Positions 36,180-51,000 are shown, counted from the whole stretch's first letter. The stretch is 63,893 bases of DNA, filler included, from Cercozoa sp. M6MM (GCA_040357565.1; 17 parts of 17 records of this genome joined end to end with filler, not necessarily neighbours in it); one strand, 5' to 3'. The notes: a model not told the origin generated them from the sequence alone. Numbers and translations are program-made.

Positions 36180-37328
36180 ATGTTCGACCCGTCGCAGCCA
36201 CAGAGCGTCGTCGGCGAGCCTGGTACGAAAAACGTGATCTCGACTGAAATGATCGCATCTCATGCATGTGATACTTAGTGGAGGTACTGTGGGCCAAGGG
36301 CAAGTGGTACCGAGGTGTCGTCGACGAGTACGATGCGCGTTCCAAGAAATGGCACGTCTCGTATGTTGTGCCTTTACTCCCCTCCTGTGCCCACCATGGA
36401 ATACCATGGAATCCCTGTGCCCTGTGCCCCATGTACCCCCCCGTAGGTACGACGATGGCGATAAGAAGTGGTACGATCTGCGTCGCAAGACCTTTCGCGT
36501 GCTGGCTTCAGGCGAGCTTTGGGACGGCCGCGCCTGGCAGGAGAAGCAACAGGTACTAAGATCACTCCCGGTTGACAACTTCCTTCCCTTATTTTCATCT
36601 CTGTTTAGAAGAAGAAGGCGACCACGTATTCATACAATGCCTACCACTATGGCTACCACTCGCAGGTGTCTTTTTTTCTCTCTCCCTATCTCTACTATCC
36701 TTGGGTGTTGTGTAAAACAAAACACTTGCTGTGCAGTGGGTACCGTACCAGCCACAACACCCGGACGCTCGTCTGCGCACGCGTTTCTTGGCCTACCTGC
36801 CTGGCATGGCCGAATCGCCGGGTACCTCGCGTTGTACATGTCGGCATGTGTTGTGTTGAGATGTGTTGTGTTGAGATGTGTTGTGTTGAGATGTGTTGTG
36901 TTGAGATGTGTTGTGTTGAGATGTGTTGTATTGAGGACAGAAATGAGCATGCTGATCTCTGGCAACTTAGCTTGCATGGTACCGCAGTGTGTTTGCCTTT
37001 CTTTTGGCCTCTATACGGACTGTGTGCACAATGCGCAGGGCGGCTGGGACCTGGCGCAAGCCGTGCCGATGCATCCGTCGCCGCACAACAACGCGCTCTG
37101 GGAGGTGGAACTCGAGCTGCCCTTCCTGCCGGTACGGGGCACTGTCTGTCTGTGTGTGTCTATTATATATCTTGTATACATGTCCATACCTATCCCCTTG
37201 TTCTTGTGTTTCGACCAGGGCGAGAAGTGGACACGTGGCCTGTTCGAATACAAGTTCGTGCTTGAGGTAGCATGACTTGTCCTGTATGCATATTATCGAT
37301 ATGTGTAGAGATATATATGTATATATAT

Positions 37329-37360
<32 letters not shown>

Positions 37361-38332
37361 CTTGATAGGACATCGAGGGTGATCGCGCACTCGAAGGCGG
37401 TGCCACACGCAAGCCCAAAGTGGCGCACACGTACCGTTCATGCACACCTGCCTTTCCCTACTCAAACACAGGCATGTGCATGTGTGTGTATGTGTGTGTA
37501 TGTGTGTGTGTAGAGTGTACTACAATGCCGTCAACGGCAGTCGACGCAGCCGATTATTCCGAGGCATGCGACCTGCCAACGCGCGGCACACGGTGCGTTG
37601 ACTCTTCTGACTCTTTATATTCTGACTCTGTATTTTCTGACTCGTCTGCATGACAGGTTCTTGAGTGTGCCAATGTGGCTGCTGCCGAGTTCTCGGATGA
37701 CCCTTGTATCACTCTCTTTTGCCCTCCCCTTTGCCCTCCCCTTTGCCCTTCCTTTTGCCCTCCCCTTTCTTGCATTTGTCTTTACCCGTGTGACCTCTGA
37801 TGATGCGTGTGTTCACAGACACACTGGCACTCCGATTGGATCGACTGACGGACTCGTGTACACTTTGCCCTCCCCCATTTACCCCCTTTAACCCACCTGA
37901 TCGTCTTTTTCCCGACAGCTCGGTCGCTGACTAAGGCGGACATTGAGACGGCGGCCGACGCGGTATGTGCGCAGCTGCAGTCACTCGGAGCGTCCGCGCG
38001 GTCGGTGTTCGCCGTGTTCACCATGGTCGGGTTCTACGGTCTGTCGTCCGCGCGGATGTCGCGGCAGCAGCAACAGGACACGGGCTACTTCTACTACGCC
38101 AGTGCGCCGGCCTCGATGCCGACGCCGCGCGAGTGGGCGCGTTTCGCCGCCGCTTTGGACTGTAGTTTACCCCCTCCCCTTTTACCCCCTGTTTACCCCC
38201 CTGTTTACCTCCCTCCTGTTTACCTCCCTCCTGTTTACCCCCCCCGTTTACTCCTCGTTTACCCCTCGTTTACCCCTCTATTTATCCCCTGTTTACCCAC
38301 ACAGGGAAGGAGTTGTACGCGAGACGACGAGA
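36180..38332 (+). CDS. Protein with an N-terminal Tudor-like domain followed by a CBM20-like module (3' truncated)
   Basis: EVLWAKGKWYRGVVDEYDARSKKWHVSYDDGDKKWYDL (Tudor) and GGWDLAQAVPM..LWEVELELP..FEYKFVL (CBM20-like). Confidence 0.7.
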
Positions 38333-38432
38333 NNNNNNNNNNNNNNNNNNNNNNNNNNNNNNNNNNNNNNNNNNNNTTAATTAATTAANNNNNNNNNNNN
38401 NNNNNNNNNNNNNNNNNNNNNNNNNNNNNNNN

Positions 38433-38483
<51 letters not shown>

Positions 38484-38485
38484 AG

Positions 38486-39259
38486 CACATGGACTGTATC
38501 TTTGTTTCTGTGCTATGGGCACGCGTAGGGCGTACTGAGTCCAGTGACGCGTGTGTATGCCTCGTTGAGGGATGGAAGAGATGCCTGCGGAGTCTATGTC
38601 GTGTCGCATCTCACCTTGCTCCTTGGTAGGCACTAATCTCGCCGCTCTCCCTCAGTGCTTGTCTGATTGCTGTCTCTTAGGTGTACTCGTGCCAGCACTC
38701 ATTGGACAAGATGTGAGTCTGTTCTTACACCACTCGACCTGTCTTACTTCCTCATGTGTGCAGCAAGTCGAAGTGCTGGCAGGTATCATTTCCGTCGGCA
38801 TTGGGGATGCCGCTGCCGCTATTGGTATCATTTAGTTTCAAGTTTTATTAGCCTCTGGTGGAATATAGTGCCTGCAGGCGGTTCCATGTGGGGCCGACAC
38901 AAGTGGCTACGTCCCACAACTACGAAAATTAAGGTTTGTATTCTGTGTGTGTTGTCAACACTTAGTTGTGCTGACTTCTGTCCAACAGGTCTCGAGCAAG
39001 TCCATTGAAGGCTCGATATGCATGTGCATCAGCATGCTGGTGACCGTGTTCGCTGTGACTGGTCCGACAACAACAGGCGTGTGGGGTGCTGTGGGCACCT
39101 GTGTCCTGACCTCGGTGTTTGAAGCCCTGTGCGATCAGAGCGACAATCTGGTGGGTCACCTGTCTGCAGTGCTCTTGCCTTACCTCCCTCCCACTGTCAT
39201 GTGTTTGCGCGCAGTTTCTGCCCCTCGTGTTTCTCGCATTTTGGCGCGTTTTCCAATGA
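38486..39259 (+). CDS. DOLK: Dolichol kinase (SEC59/DOLK), C-terminal part
   Basis: VVSHLTLLLG, LAGIISVGIGDAAAAIGGSMWGRHKW, KSIEGS and FEALCDQSDNLFLPL. Confidence 0.92.
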
Positions 39260-39679
39260 GTGCGGCAACATCCGATCCTGTCAGAGTCGATGCTGTTTGG
39301 TGTACCCATTGATCGAACACTGATCATGAACAGTTGCAACGAAGTGAACGAACTGACACATGCACAGTTGAGGGTGGTCCGTGCTCGGCTATGCGATACT
39401 AGCTATAGGTACATAGTTACGCTAACGTAGCGGATACAGCTCGTGGCATGCGTACATGTAATTCACTGCGGCTGGCAGCGGAGTAGAGTTGATTCTATGG
39501 ATTAATCCAGTCGCTTGAAGGAACGAACAGACAGGCATCACTCCTCAGGTTCGCGTGTCAATTTTTCCACCTACCAAATATTCGTATACTATACATATGC
39601 TGTACATATAAATCCAGCCATATGAAGATATAAAATACGATAAATCCACAGAAGTGAAATCCTCCATATGAAGGTATAA

Positions 39680-40563
39680 TATATGACAAGTTGTATCATT
39701 AACCTACAGAACTAATATCATGTCTCCACCGGTGATACCCATATAAAATGTACATCTCCAAAGCACAATGTGAAAATATTATCAGCATCGATGTCAGGTA
39801 CTTCATATCGATGTAGAGACAAGTGGGCAGCATGGGGCAAGTGTACCATTCTCCGCAACTGCGGATTCTCCATGGCAGCTGCGCACCTTTCTACACACCC
39901 AAAGCAAGATAGAGCCACACGAAGTACACGGTGGGGTTACCTTTGTCTCCAACCTGCTTGTTGACTGCAGCCGCGTCCTGGTGCGTACCTTCCTCGATCA
40001 GTATCTGACTGAACATAAACAGTCGAGGTGCAAAAGGAGTAGGAAAGACGGGAGGCAGGTACAGCTTGATAGAGAAGTGCGGCAACACGTTGCGACAGAG
40101 TTTCTGCCGAATGCACAGTCCGATCAGCAAGGCGAGCGAGCAGTGCGGCACTGTGGGCACGTAGTACACGGTGCAGTCCATCGCGTTGGGTCGGCCTGTC
40201 CTCCTGGTGAGTTCGATGCCCTCTTCTGACACGACACTGCAACCAGGCAGGCCCAAGTGAATCACCAAAAGAAAAGCAACTTTAGAGGATTCAACACCTT
40301 AACTCTTCGAGCGAAAAGTCGTGTTCTGGGTCGCGAATTGTGCGAATCTGGTCAAAGATCTGCACACACACACCAGAGGAAACTATTGTGCTATTGTGCT
40401 GCACAGGATTGTACCTCATCGCGCAACATTGACAACTCGGCATCCTCCGACAGATCTTGCAATTCGCGTTGTGTGCGTCGCACTCCGAGCTGTACAAAGC
40501 CACACGATGAAGCAATCTGATCAACATTGCCAATGATCGCACCTCTGGATTCGGATTTTGCAT
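39680..40563 (-). CDS. CIA2: Cytosolic Fe-S assembly component CIA2 / MIP18 / FAM96
   Basis: MQNPNP, IFDQIRTIRDPEHDFSLEELRVV, PTVPHCSLALLIGLCIRQKL and GTH..AVNKQVGDKERCAAAMENPQL. The 3' end is uncertain. Confidence 0.92.
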
Positions 40564-40815
40564 GCTTTAGCTGTGCTACCACACCGACCACTGTGCTTCT
40601 GGATTTGTACGCGCGAGTTGTTGGTCTGCGCGGAGCGCTGAAATGACACCTCATTTTTATAAAGCAAGTAGATTGAGCTTGCTATGCGTCATGGCGGTTC
40701 CTCTTAACTCAAATCAACGAAATTACACACAGGATACCCATAACTGGCGTCTATTTTGAAGAAAAACGGAATCTAGGAATCTCAGATCTGGTTTGCCGTC
40801 TGGGCGATCGACGGG

Positions 40816-41532
40816 ATGTCAGACCAGCAGTTTATGTTTGACGAAGACGACGAGCAGCAAAAGAAGGTTGGTTGTGCACTATTCTGCTCGTGTCTCGGTA
40901 GTGTCTTATGCAGCTGTTTAAAATGTACTGCATGTGTGGCAGAACGACAAAGACGATCTGATGGTAAACCTGAACAGTCGCAGCAGCAGCAGCGACAGTC
41001 ACGCGAAGGACAAAAGTTGTAACCGCGACGCAACAACGCATCGTTCTCGCTGGCAAAATCACCGCCCGCGCGAGTCGTTGACCAGTGCGTTTGTTTGTTT
41101 GCTCATTTTCTCTGTTTGCCCTGCTGATGTGGTTTTTCACACTCAACAAAAAGAACTAAAGAATCACTGTATTTCTCGTGTTTTGCAGATCAGGACGATA
41201 GTCTTGACAAGTGGGTGCCTATGTCGCTCCCAATGCAGATTTCCTCGCCTCTGTGGAACCAGAGGCAAGAGCTCCAGCAGCAACAGGGTATCAGTACTCA
41301 ATTGACTCAGTTGTGCTTGACCCAGAGTTGTTGATCTTGCAACAGCGGACATGAAGTCTGACAAAGACAGCGACGAATTCGTGCCGCCCCATACGCTGGT
41401 GATGCGCCGACTCGCGGTAACTGCTGTCTGCCCTCTGTGCTGTCTGTGCTGTCTGTGGGTTAAGAGTCGATTTTGGTTTTTGTGCAGCACCCATCGCACG
41501 TGCCACACAGCGTGTCGCTGCGCAGTGAGTGA
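40816..41532 (+). CDS. Small disordered protein with S40 senescence-regulator-like / PRAS40-like motifs (5 exons)
   Basis: Spliced MSDQQFMFDEDDE ... MSLPMQISSPLW ... DSDEFVPPHTLVMRR..PHSV. Confidence 0.55.
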
Positions 41533-41919
41533 GCGCGCCGGCGCAATGTTTTTACGAGTTTGCAGCGACCAAGCATTTTTTTTTGCCGTGCAATTGAGTC
41601 ATGAATCATCGCATGGCACTGCGGCCTGATTTTGAATTAAGGTTCCAGTAGACAGCCGGACTGGGTTCAGTTCCGTTCCCCTTCTTCCGCTGATCGGGTT
41701 CCCGTGTGCGTAACTACTTTGCGGTCACGCGTCAGTTTAAAACAAAACTTACAACGACAAGCATCCATCGCATGTAATTATAACCGAACAAACTGATCCT
41801 GTGGCCCCAGGTCTGGCCTGGGGTACGATTTGTCGTTGTGTCGTGTCGCTTCATGGCAGTTGTGCATGACGTTGGATCGGACTGTTACAGCCCTTAAAGA
41901 CTTTCGTTTGAGCGGACTG

Positions 41920-42597
41920 TTACAGCGAGGCCTGCGGAAGCAGCGTTCGGCGCACCCAGTCGTTGCAGAAGACTTGCTGCGGGTCGAGTCTGTCGAGAAG
42001 CAATCACAAAAGCCCTTCCCCACCCCAGCACGACGAGAAGGCGTAGTATACCGCTCACGGACGGCGCAGAAGGTGCCGAACTGCGGGTACAGCTCGCGCA
42101 GCTGCGGTTCTCGCAGCGAGAAGGCCTGTGCAATACACAATACGCAGTAACATCACACAGCGATTAGTCAGACAGATAAGTCAGACAGTCAGTCAGACTA
42201 GTCAGACAGGGGGAAGTGGGACCTTGGCCCAGTGCGGCCGTCCGCCCAGGGCGAGCATGATGCGCTCGAAGGCGGCAAAGTAGCGGCGGTGCGGCACGTC
42301 GCGTCCGAAGGGCCGGTACATGATGATGCCGATGTAGCACCAGAGCGGCACTTGCACACGCCGCGCCGTGCGACGCGTGCCGCTGCTGGCGGCGTCCTCG
42401 TGCGCCTCGGCCACCTCGAAGGCATCGGCCGACGTCGGCGACAGCAGACCGTCGTCCGCGCGGACGAAGCGCACTTCGATCGGAAAGTGAACCGACAGGT
42501 TCTCACTTCGGATCAACTGCCGCAGACGACGCATCGCTTCGGCGCACTCCTCCGCCGGGATGCACCACTCGTTCACGTACTGACGGAACTGCTTGAA
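41920..42597 (-). CDS. GULO: L-gulonolactone / D-arabinono-1,4-lactone oxidase, C-terminal part
   Basis: QYVNEWCIP, VHFPIEVRFVRADD, YIGIIMYRPFG, GGRPHWAK and LDPQQVFCND. Confidence 0.9.
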
Positions 42598-42717
42598 CGG
42601 TGGGGGGGGGGGGGGGGNNNNNNNNNNNNNNNNNNNNNNNNNNNNNNNNNNNNNNNNNNNNTTAATTAATTAANNNNNNNNNNNNNNNNNNNNNNNNNNN
42701 NNNNNNNNNNNNNNNNN

Positions 42718-44800
42718 CCTGGTACACTGGCACGTGCAGCAGTCGCGGCGTCAGTCGGACACTCGACTGCACTCTCTACTCAGTGGGATAAGGGGGGGTA
42801 AGAAAGGGGTGGGGGGGGGGGGGGGGTAAAGTACAACATTGGCGCAGCCCCGGTCGAAGAAAGCAGCGTCGGCACGCGAGTCGCCCTGCACGCAGTCGTG
42901 CTCGTGCACCCGTGTAGCCACCCTGTGTCCACACAGTCGCCCATTTGGACAGGACAGTGGTCCATATGAACACAGTTAGAACTAAGTGGCTACGCTTGTG
43001 CGGCCTCATGCAGCGACACGGTCGGCGGCAGCACCGGAGCACTCGGCGTCTGGGCCGCGAACTCATCGTCCTGGAACCTTCTCTACCGGGGGAGGCGGGG
43101 ATAAAGAGAGTGAGAGGGGTAGGGGGGGAGGGGTAAAACTGTACAGGCACACACATGGCCTGCTCAAAGACGGCGCGATCGCCGCCGAAATCCGCCGGCA
43201 GCGCCGCGCTGAGCTGCGTCACCTCGTGGCCCGCCGCGTATCTCACCTGCGGGGCAAAGGGGTAAGGGGGAAGGGGGAGGGCCAGTGAGAGATAAGTGGG
43301 GAGGGGGTAAGGCAAGCGGGGGGTAAGGCAAGCGGGGGGTAAGGCAAGCGGGGGGTAAGGCAAGTGAGGTTAACAACCTCAGCATGCAACGGCCGAGCCG
43401 GACGGAATTCGTTGCCTTGTTTCACATCAGCGTGCACCTGCAGACATACACACTTGCCCACGTCGGTCAAACGGACAGTCTAGAGAGTCAGTCAGGTACA
43501 AATGGACAGGAGGCGTGTACCGTGACTGTCGAGACCGCGTCAAACACCCACACTGGTAGGAGTGACTTGCGCACCCGTCGCACAGCATCCTCGCGACACC
43601 AGGCAGGGTCCTACACTCCCGTGTACAGGGTGTACAAATGGTTGATGCGAACAAACAGACACAGTTGCTACCGATGTGCCCTTGCGCGCCCAATAAATGT
43701 AGCTGTTCTTGGCCTGGGCACACACATACCAACCACAAATAAAAGACGAGACAGGGGCGCGGGGGGGGGGGGGGGGGGGAGGGGGGCAACCTCCTGCGGC
43801 GTGGCATCGAAGTTCGCAGCGAATACGTGTCCAGCCGTTCTGGGCGACTCCTCCTCGCGCGTTAAGTGCATGCTCTGTGTCAGCAAACACAATCAAGCAC
43901 GGGCGGTTATCAAGGCAAAAGGCACCCTGTGGCGGAGAGGACCACCACATCATTGACTTCAAAAGCCTACCAGGCCGAGTGATGACGCCCAGCGTGCTTG
44001 CGCACGTCGTACTGCACCCAGCATGTGTCACAAAAACTCTAAGTGCTGCTAATTTGCGGCTGCAGAATTACACACACAACCGCCTTTTTTATCTCAGTGA
44101 TCTTCTGCTGATTCTGGTTTTTAAATTACTCGTTACCGGCCACTACACACTAGTGCTAAGTACAGGCTGAGTACACCACAGCCGTCTAAAACCTCATATT
44201 GTCGAGAACGACCCTTCAGTTCAGTTCAGTTCAGTCGGCCAGTACCACGCCAGTGCGCGCCAGTCCCCGTCTCGCCTACAGGTATCAGCTAAGACATTTG
44301 TATACGCGTTTTGGAAACACAAAAAGCACACAAAGTGTCTTTTCTGGAAGAAACGCTCAGACTTGGCTACGCTTTGTCATCATAGAAAATGAATGACAAC
44401 GCGCCCAGCAGCCCTTCCCCCCAGCAGTGCTGATGCCACTTGGGACACAATCCAGACACGAGCACACATAGCACACAGTCCCACGGACAGAGCACAGGCA
44501 GTGCGAGCGAGATTGCAAATGCAAAGCACTCTTGTGTGTGGGCTTTTGTGTGCTCAGTGTGCAAGCGCACTGGAGACAGGCTGCGATGCAGCAGCACCAT
44601 GGCTCGCCGGTGCAGGCGCACGCACGCGCTGTGCAAAACCTGTCTCCACGCGGACAGGCAGACACGCAGGAGGAAAGCAACAGCCAGGCACGTGCAAACA
44701 AAGTTGTGGTCAGACGGAAATACTCGTCATGGCAATAGTTGTTGTCATCACAGCGGGACAGAAAAAAGCACTTGGCAGAGTTATGGTATCAAGCTGCATC
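42718..44800 (-). CDS. One or more multi-exon hypothetical genes
   Basis: Exon-like blocks with GT-AG introns on the minus strand. Not fully resolved. Confidence 0.4.
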
Positions 44801-44835
44801 CGCGCGTACCGAGAGAGATCGTTTTTTTGGTTGGC

Positions 44836-45866
44836 TCAGTCGATGACCGAGAGGAAGACGCGGTCGAGCTTCACGTGGTGCAGAGCACCTTGCTTGGCCA
44901 CCTGTGAGGGGGGGGGGGTAAGAGGGGGTAAGAGGGGTAGGGAATAACTGGCACCTTGACATAGAGCGCGAACAGAGCGAGTGCGTGGAACAGGTTGCGC
45001 TGGCCCGGCATGACCTATCCAAGGTAGGGATAAGACGGGTAGGGGGGGGGGGGGGTAAAGGGGGTATACATCCCACTCGCCGCCGTCGGCGAAACGCAGC
45101 TGCAGCAGTTGCGGCCACACGCGTCGTTGCACCTGCCATACACACGTACATATACAAAACGTGTATACACATTACATACATACATATAGACATAGACATG
45201 CATACTGCACATACATACCATACATCATAGACATACATACATATACATACATAGACAAACATAATAGACATACATAGACATACATACATATACATACATA
45301 CACACATACATATGCACATTATACACATGCGTACATATACATACACACACATACTATATAGCTATACATAGACAGAAACAAAAAAAAATACCAAAGCGAC
45401 ATCAGGTGCCGCTCGCCGCCACCTGTTGCTCACTACGGGGGGGGGGGGTAAAGAGGGGGGGTAAGGGTAAAGAGGTAGGGGATAAGGGGTAAAGAGGTAG
45501 GGGGTAAGGGGAGGGGTAAAGAGGGAGGGGTAAGGGGAGGGGTAAAGAGACCGTCGGCAGCAGCGACGTCGGCGGCGACCTCGGCGTCGGGCTGGTCGAA
45601 CCACAGCGACGAGAAGACCTCGCCCTGACCGAGGCCGTCTGGAGCGACGAGACTCACCTGTCGCCTCGTCTTATCCTCTGCAGTCGCCTTGTCCTTCGTG
45701 TCTTCGGCCTTTGCTGCCTCCTCGGACTCTGCCGCTTGTTGTTTCTTCTGTTGTTGTTGTTTCTGCTGCTGCAGCTGCTGCTCTTGTTTCTCCGCCTGCG
45801 GCGACTGCACCGCGCGGAAAAAACGATCGCAGAAACTGCTTGGGAACATGTTGTCGTCCATGTGCT
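44836..45866 (-). CDS. 3' part of a multi-exon hypothetical gene
   Basis: Exons HMDDNMFPSSF..., QRNLFHALALFALYVK and VAKQGALHHVKLDRVFLSVID*. Confidence 0.55.
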
Positions 45867-45995
45867 ACGGAAGGTACAGAGGGAGGGGTAAACGGNNNNN
45901 NNNNNNNNNNNNNNNNNNNNNNNNNNNNNNNNNNNNNNNTTAATTAATTAANNNNNNNNNNNNNNNNNNNNNNNNNNNNNNNNNNNNNNNNNNNN

Positions 45996-46033
<38 letters not shown>

Positions 46034-46059
46034 AAGGTATGTAGCAATGGATAGATATG

Positions 46060-46694
46060 ATACCAAAAGTGCGTGCTTGGTGTCGCGGCCCCAGGGTTGC
46101 AGAGCGAGGTGCCATCTATGTTTCTCAGGTCAAGAATAATAGTTGAAAATAAAACAACGCATGGTACCCGGATGATGAACCGGCTGCTGCGCGATCGAGT
46201 TTCGCGTGGGCTGCCACGGCGTCGTAAACCTTAGGAATCTTAAAAATAACTGTGTGGAAAAGTCTTAATCTGAAAAGAAAACCTCATCAAGCGTCATTCG
46301 GCCATGAAAGTCGGCCTCCACCTGCAAAAACAACAACAGTATCAAACGAGCCACCTCCAGCAGCATATCAACTACCTCTATGTCCTTGGCTGATCCGAAC
46401 GGCACAATCAACACGCGCACAGGCGTCGCCGCTGTCGATGGTGTCGACGCCTCCGACATCTTAGTTCAGCTACAAAGAGACATTGGAAACAACTGCAAGA
46501 GGCACTGCACGACACGAGTGCAGTGGGCGGTTGTTCATACCACAACACCTATATGGCCAGTCCTAACACTGCACACGTGCTAACAGGTGCACACGCTACG
46601 GCGCACACTGTTACTCTGTCAATCCTCTAACACGAGGCACGGTGTGGCCGGAAGCAGGAAGTTGGGATAAAAATAATGGATCGTCCACCTTCAT
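46060..46694 (-). CDS. 5' part of a hypothetical gene
   Basis: Exons ..VRVLIVPFGSAKDIE, VEADFHGRMTLDE and VYDAVAAHAKL. Confidence 0.4.
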
Positions 46695-46872
46695 CGATCA
46701 CCGTTCATCTGAGCTACGCTTCGTTGGTTTTGGCGTGTTTGGTGTTGGGGTTGGTCCCAGGTTTGTAAGCTCCTCGCTAGTATACAAGTCAGTATGTGCA
46801 GTTGTAAAAAGCCGCACTATCGCCAAAGCCAGCGTTTCTCCACGTCGAGTGAAGTTAAATACCTCGCTTCAG

Positions 46873-47800
<928 letters not shown>

Positions 47801-48010
47801 NNNNNNNNNNNNNNNNNNNNNNNNNNNNNNNNNNNNNNNNNNNNTTAATTAATTAANNNNNNNNNNNNNNNNNNNNNNNNNNNNNNNNNNNNNNNNNNNN
47901 CCCCTTAACTTCCCTTGCCCCTTAACTTCCCTTGCCCCTTAACTTCCCTTGCCCCTTAACTTTCTCACCTCCCATAATCACCCTCACATTCTCCTGAGCC
48001 ATGTGCACAG

Positions 48011-51000
48011 ACGTGTGTGGTTCAAGCACTTTGTGTCGGTGCTGCTGGACATTCCGTCGGCAGCTGTGGCGGCGGCGCTGTTGCTGCTGGCGCCGTGGCG
48101 ACTCTACAACCTCGTGGTACACTTTTACCCCTCTCCGTGTACCTCTCTCCCCTGTACCCTTTGACTTTTTTACTCACCTATTTTCCCCCTCCCCAGAGAC
48201 AGCGCAGGCAGGTGGACCGTTCGCGCGACTCGGCCGATGCAGAGTTGCGTTCGATCGCGTTTGCGCAGCTGGTGCTGGTGCCGTGTGACTGCGCGGGCGT
48301 GCTGGCCTTTGTGCTGGTGACGATTACCATGTATCGACGCGGCACCATGCAACGAAAGTTCCGCGAAGCTTCGGCAAAGTTTCTGTTGCCGGAAGCTTCC
48401 TCGACTGTGTCGCAGCAGACGGTCTGGCACGGCATTGCACTCGCTCAACTTGTTTCCATTCTCGTCGACCTGCCCTTCTTCTTTCTGGTAGCGGGGTACA
48501 AAGAGGGAGGGGGTAAGCAAGATAGACTATCTGTAGGGAGCGGTGGCCGCCTTGTCGCTGTATCGATTCGGCAACGTCGTTGCTGCCTTCAAGCAGGATC
48601 ATAGGTTTTACCCCCCATACCTGCCTTTACCCCTTTACCCCCTTCGGGTAGTGACTTCTCGGAGAAGCGGCCGCTGCTGTTAAACGAATTCGTGGCGCTG
48701 CTGTGCGACCTGCCGTACGCACTCGTCTTTGTTGGTACAAAGCTGAGTCTATTTGGACCTGCTGTACGGGACCATCCTGTACGGGACCAGCCTGTACGAG
48801 ACCTGTCCTAATATGGTTACACCTGTAGCCACTTGTCTGACTGCTCCGTGGCGTCTGTACCCTTTGTTGACTCGAGAGAGGAAACTCGGCACTACGCACA
48901 AGTGGATCTGGCGGTACGGCCTTGAGTTTTACCCCCCCTTAACCCCCTTAACCCCCTTAACCCGGTCTAAGTAGACACTTTGTGTCGGGTCTGCTAGACC
49001 TGCCGGCATTGTTGTCGCTTGTCGTGCTACACACTGTGGGTCGGCATCGGTATTTTGCCCTCCTTCCCCTTTGCCCCTCCTTAATAGTCCTGCAGACTGT
49101 CGCAACTGAACGACTCGATTGAAACGACTGTCGAGAAGCATCGCTTGCTCTTTGTATCTTACCCCCTTACCCCCCCCCCCCGATACCCCTCCATCCGCCC
49201 AATGAACAGGAAGGCCAAGAGTTGCCGTTCGAGTCGGCGAAACTGCTGCCATATGGAGCACCGGCCATGTGCTGCCTGGCCGCTCTGTGCCGTGTGCTGT
49301 TCGACCTGCCCTTTGTGTACACTTTTGGTCTATATGGACACACATGTGGATTTGTGTCCCTTTTGGACCGGTGACAGTACATGCGTACCGTACTTTTGTA
49401 CACAGATTTTTGGGGGCTCTGGTCTGCCTGTCCATGCAGCGACGCGATTTTCTGTGCGACCGGCGCGCCGTGTTGGCACACGTCGACAACGACAGTGTAG
49501 GTCTTCTTACCCCCCCCCCCACCCTACCCCTATGCACTCCCTTAATAGGATAAGTTCCGCCGTCTGCGCAAGTGTGCCTGGCGACACTTTTGGTGTGTTG
49601 GATTGATCGCTGTCTGTGATCATTGTATGAGTGATTGTGTGACCGCTCTGTGTGATCGGTTTGATCGTTTGCAGGCTGGCAGTCTGGAATCTGCTGCACC
49701 TGGCGATCGGTGTCTTTGTGACCTTCGCCTCGGTCTTCACTCTGCGCATCTTCGTCCTGCTAGGGTACTGACTTTTGACTTTGTAAATTTAAATGTACAC
49801 ACACTACTTGTGTTGTACTGCACAGCGATCTGCATTCAATGCCACGTCGCATTGATGCCGAGGAGGCCCTGTCCCTGTACTTTCACGACCGAGCACGTTT
49901 TTGTGCTTTTTTTCTACTTTCCAAAAATTAACTCTTGCTTAGACGCAGCGCAGAGGCAGCATCAAATGAGACTCTGCCACCAGAGGAAGACCTCGTTCGG
50001 ACTGGTACTCGATGCCATGCCACCCCGCCAATTTTTTATTTTTCCAACTGAAAACTGATTTCTCCAAAGGCAACAAGTCGCGCCGCATTCTTGTGTGGCG
50101 TCATCTCAGCGGTGTGCTCTGGGACGTCGCTGGCACCATTGCTGCTGTCCTAACCTTCGTGGTACAATGCTTTCTTTAATCTGTCAGGACATTTTGTACG
50201 GCGTTGTACCCGTCCCTGTAGTGTGGCTACTATCGGTTCCATCGCGCGAAGAATGCAGAATCGCTGCAGCCGTGGTTCCACTCGTGCCTGCCCGGTGTGT
50301 CTCTAGTGCTGTTGTTCCTTGTTGTGTGTTATTTTTTGGTATTTGCGTAACCCCGAAAATTGCAGGGGAGCAAAACGCTCGAGCGTCGGTGCCGTTCGCG
50401 ACTCAAAAGAGCTTTGTGCAGCAATGTTGTGTGCTAGTGACCGACCTGCCCTTGTACCAGGACCGTGTAGTGTGTTGGTGCCCAGTTGTTTGATCGTTTT
50501 TTTTTTTTGTCCTGTGTTTCGTTTTTAGTGTGTTGGCGTCGCTGCTGCCGCTGGCGTCGTTATACCGCAGCAGAGTGACCGCGCGGACGGTCCGCGCGGC
50601 CCTGGGCGGTGACGGCAGCGTTTCTCGCGTGCGTCTGCTGGAGCATGCACTGATGACGGTGATGGACGTGCTGTCGTTGCCGGCCATTCTCGTGTTCTTC
50701 CTGACCGGGTAGGTTTCGCTCCAGTTGTTTGTTGTTTTTGTTGTATTTTGTTATTTCTGTGCAGGCAGAGCAAGGCGAGTCGCGAAATGCGGAGCTACAA
50801 CAAGAGCGAAGACAGCAACATGGACGAGAGTGTGCTGCAGAGTGACATGCCGTTGGTGGCACAAGCGTATGTTGTTTCCTAGTTGTGCGCATCCTTTTTA
50901 ACCCCCCCCCCCGTGCAGTTGGCAGACAGTGCTGCTGCTGCTGGTGACTCTGCCAGTGGCGCCCTTCTTCCTGCTGTCGCCGCTGCGTGCTGCCCACGTC

